Of a DNA stretch of 64,000 nucleotides, positions 62,289-64,000 are shown piece after piece. Where the stretch lies: contig CAVRQT010000002.1 of assembly GCA_963723515.1 (NCBI GenBank), forward strand, positions 288,001-352,000, read 5' to 3'. Source of the DNA: Vulcanimicrobiota bacterium (GTDB lineage Bacteria > Vulcanimicrobiota > Vulcanimicrobiia > Vulcanimicrobiales > Vulcanimicrobiaceae). Below the pieces are notes generated by a model. That model had not been told where the DNA came from. It ran no database searches and saw only the letters and a list, made by a program, of their open reading frames with translations. How positions within the stretch are numbered: position 1 is the stretch's first letter; each line of letters begins with the position of its first letter. A program made the position numbers and the translations under genes.

Positions 62289-64000
62289 TTAATTCAAAAT
62301 ATGGGCTTGCGTTAAGAAGACGTGCTGCGCGTCGACCGGTAATTCGTCCGGCCTGGGATGCAGACGCCGATACGAACCATCTGAAAGCAGCTCGCGCGTC
62401 TTCATATTGTCCGCGTACAGAACATCAAGGATTTGCGATCGAATCGTTTGCGCAAGCAGCGGATCGAGCACCGGCGCGACCGTCTCAAAGCGCCGGCTGA
62501 GGTTGCGCCCCATCCAATCCGCACTGCCGATGAACGTCTGTGGGTCGCCGCCGTTCTCGAAGATGAAGATGCGCGAGTGTTCCAAGAATCGCCCGACGAT
62601 GCTGCGGATGCGAATCGTTTCGCTAATGCCGGGTACGCCTGGACGCACCACGCACATTCCGCGCACAAGGAGATCGATCGGCACGCCGGCCTGCGAAGCG
62701 CGATACAGTGCCCGCACAACTTCGGCGTCGGTGATCGCGTTGAGTTTGCCGCGAACCCCTGACGGTCGCCCGGCGCGCGCATGTTCCGTTTCGCGGTCGA
62801 TCAGCGCGAGCAGTTCGCGACGTAAGTTGACGGGCGCAACCAGGAGCTCTTCGTAGTCGCTGATTTTCGAGAACCCCGTGAGTGCGTTAAAGAGCTGCGT
62901 CACATCGGAGCCGAGCTCCGCACGACACGTGAAGAGGCTCAAGTCCGTGTAGAGCTTCGCGGTCTTCTCGTTGTAGTTGCCGGTTCCGAAGTGCATGTAC
63001 CGCCGAATGCCGTCGGTCTCTTGCCGTACGATCAGCGTCACTTTCGCATGGGTCTTCAATTCCGGAAAACCGTAGACGACATGGACGCCGGCACGCTCTA
63101 AACGCCGCGCCCAATCGATGTTGTTCTCTTCATCGAAGCGAGCCTTGAGCTCGATGAGGACCGCGACTTGCTTTTCATTTTCCGCGGCCTCGAGCAGCGC
63201 GGCGACGATAGGCGAGTTGCGCCCGGAGGTTCGGTAGAGCGTCTGCTTGATCGCGAGGACCTGCGGATCTTCAGCAGCCTCCTGAATGAATTGCACGACG
63301 GGGTCAAACGACTCGTACGGGTGATGCAGCAAGATATCGCCTTCGCGAATGGCCGCGAAGAGATCGGTGACGCCGACGAGCCGCTTCGGTATCGCCGGCG
63401 TAAACGGCGGATCGTGCAGCTGCTTGTGGTCAGGAAGCGTCGCAATCGCCATCACGTCGTTGACGGCGAGCATTCCCTCGGTCTCGTAGCAGTCAACGGT
63501 TCCGAGCGAGAGCTCCTCGAGCAGCCAATCGCGCATGTATTCCGGCATCCCGTGCTCGATCTCTAAGCGAACCGGCTCGCCAAACCGGCGCCGCTGCAGT
63601 TCGGATTCGATCGCCGCGAGCAGATCGTCCGCCTCGTCTTCCTGCAAGTCGAGATCCGCATCCCGCGTGACGCGAAAACAGTACGAATCCCGAATCGCCA
63701 TGCCGGGAAAGAGTGCATCAAGGTGATGCGCGACGAGATCTTCGAGCATGATGTAGCGGCGCTCCGATTCCGGCGCCTCTTCAACCGGAACGAAACGCGG
63801 AAGCGTCGGCGGAATCTTGACGCGCGCAAAGTGGAAATCCGTTCCTTCGGCCTTTGTTTCTTCGAGCTCGACTGCGAGCGAGAGCGACAGATTCGAAATG
63901 TATGGGAACGGATGGCCGCTGTCGATCGCTAGCGGCGTCAAGACCGGAAAGACGCGCTCCTCAAATACGCGTTCGAAACGCTCTTGCTCCGCGGCGCTCA
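62289..64000 (-). CDS. ppk1: Polyphosphate kinase 1 (5' end outside window)
   Basis: HPFPYISNLSL, LHHPYESF, IKQTLYRT, ELKARFDEENN, KTHAK, GTGNYN, GRFLEHSR, SADWM.RN. Confidence 0.97.
   Translation of the reverse strand, partial: SAAEQERFERVFEERVFPVLTPLAIDSGHPFPYISNLSLSLAVELEETKAEGTDFHFARVKIPPTLPRFVPVEEAPESERRYIMLEDLVAHHLDALFPGMAIRDSYCFRVTRDADLDLQEDEADDLLAAIESELQRRRFGEPVRLEIEHGMPEYMRDWLLEELSLGTVDCYETEGMLAVNDVMAIATLPDHKQLHDPPFTPAIPKRLVGVTDLFAAIREGDILLHHPYESFDPVVQFIQEAAEDPQVLAIKQTLYRTSGRNSPIVAALLEAAENEKQVAVLIELKARFDEENNIDWARRLERAGVHVVYGFPELKTHAKVTLIVRQETDGIRRYMHFGTGNYNEKTAKLYTDLSLFTCRAELGSDVTQLFNALTGFSKISDYEELLVAPVNLRRELLALIDRETEHARAGRPSGVRGKLNAITDAEVVRALYRASQAGVPIDLLVRGMCVVRPGVPGISETIRIRSIVGRFLEHSRIFIFENGGDPQTFIGSADWMGRNLSRRFETVAPVLDPLLAQTIRSQILDVLYADNMKTRELLSDGSYRRLHPRPDELPVDAQHVFLTQAHILN

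Overview
GC-rich bacterial chromosome segment. The TonB-dependent receptor and lipoprotein signals point to a diderm; the protein style suggests Candidatus Eremiobacterota, which is my inference and untested. Single-base frameshifts break many conserved genes (thiC, aceE, aceF, P450, bolA), most simply explained by long-read consensus errors. Bases 1-33.6 kb form an accessory surface-polysaccharide island. It holds a Wzy-type EPS/capsule cluster (wzc-like, wza, wcaJ-like, three GT4s, wecC-like, polymerase/ligase, GNAT, methyltransferase, asparagine-synthetase-like ligase, ABC exporter). It also holds an unannotated 51-aa lipopeptide gene next to a TPR-LuxR regulator, a condensation-free A-T (Leu code) + P450 + 2xGNAT + PPTase cassette, and a MalT-like regulator / lipoprotein serine peptidase / NarL regulator operon. 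A DosR/NarL-like palindromic box recurs in the island's promoter regions. Bases 33.6-64 kb are mostly housekeeping (HiPIP, beta-propeller protein, SLT, thiC with TPP riboswitch, aceEF, acnA, rnd, rpiB-like, TonB receptor, bolA-grx, EVE, ppk1) and carry two copies of a ~105-nt three-stem repeat with compensatory base changes. The best candidates for new biology are (1) a peptide/TPR-LuxR signalling pair, (2) carrier-dependent (hydroxy)leucyl decoration of an exopolysaccharide, and (3) the structured repeat.
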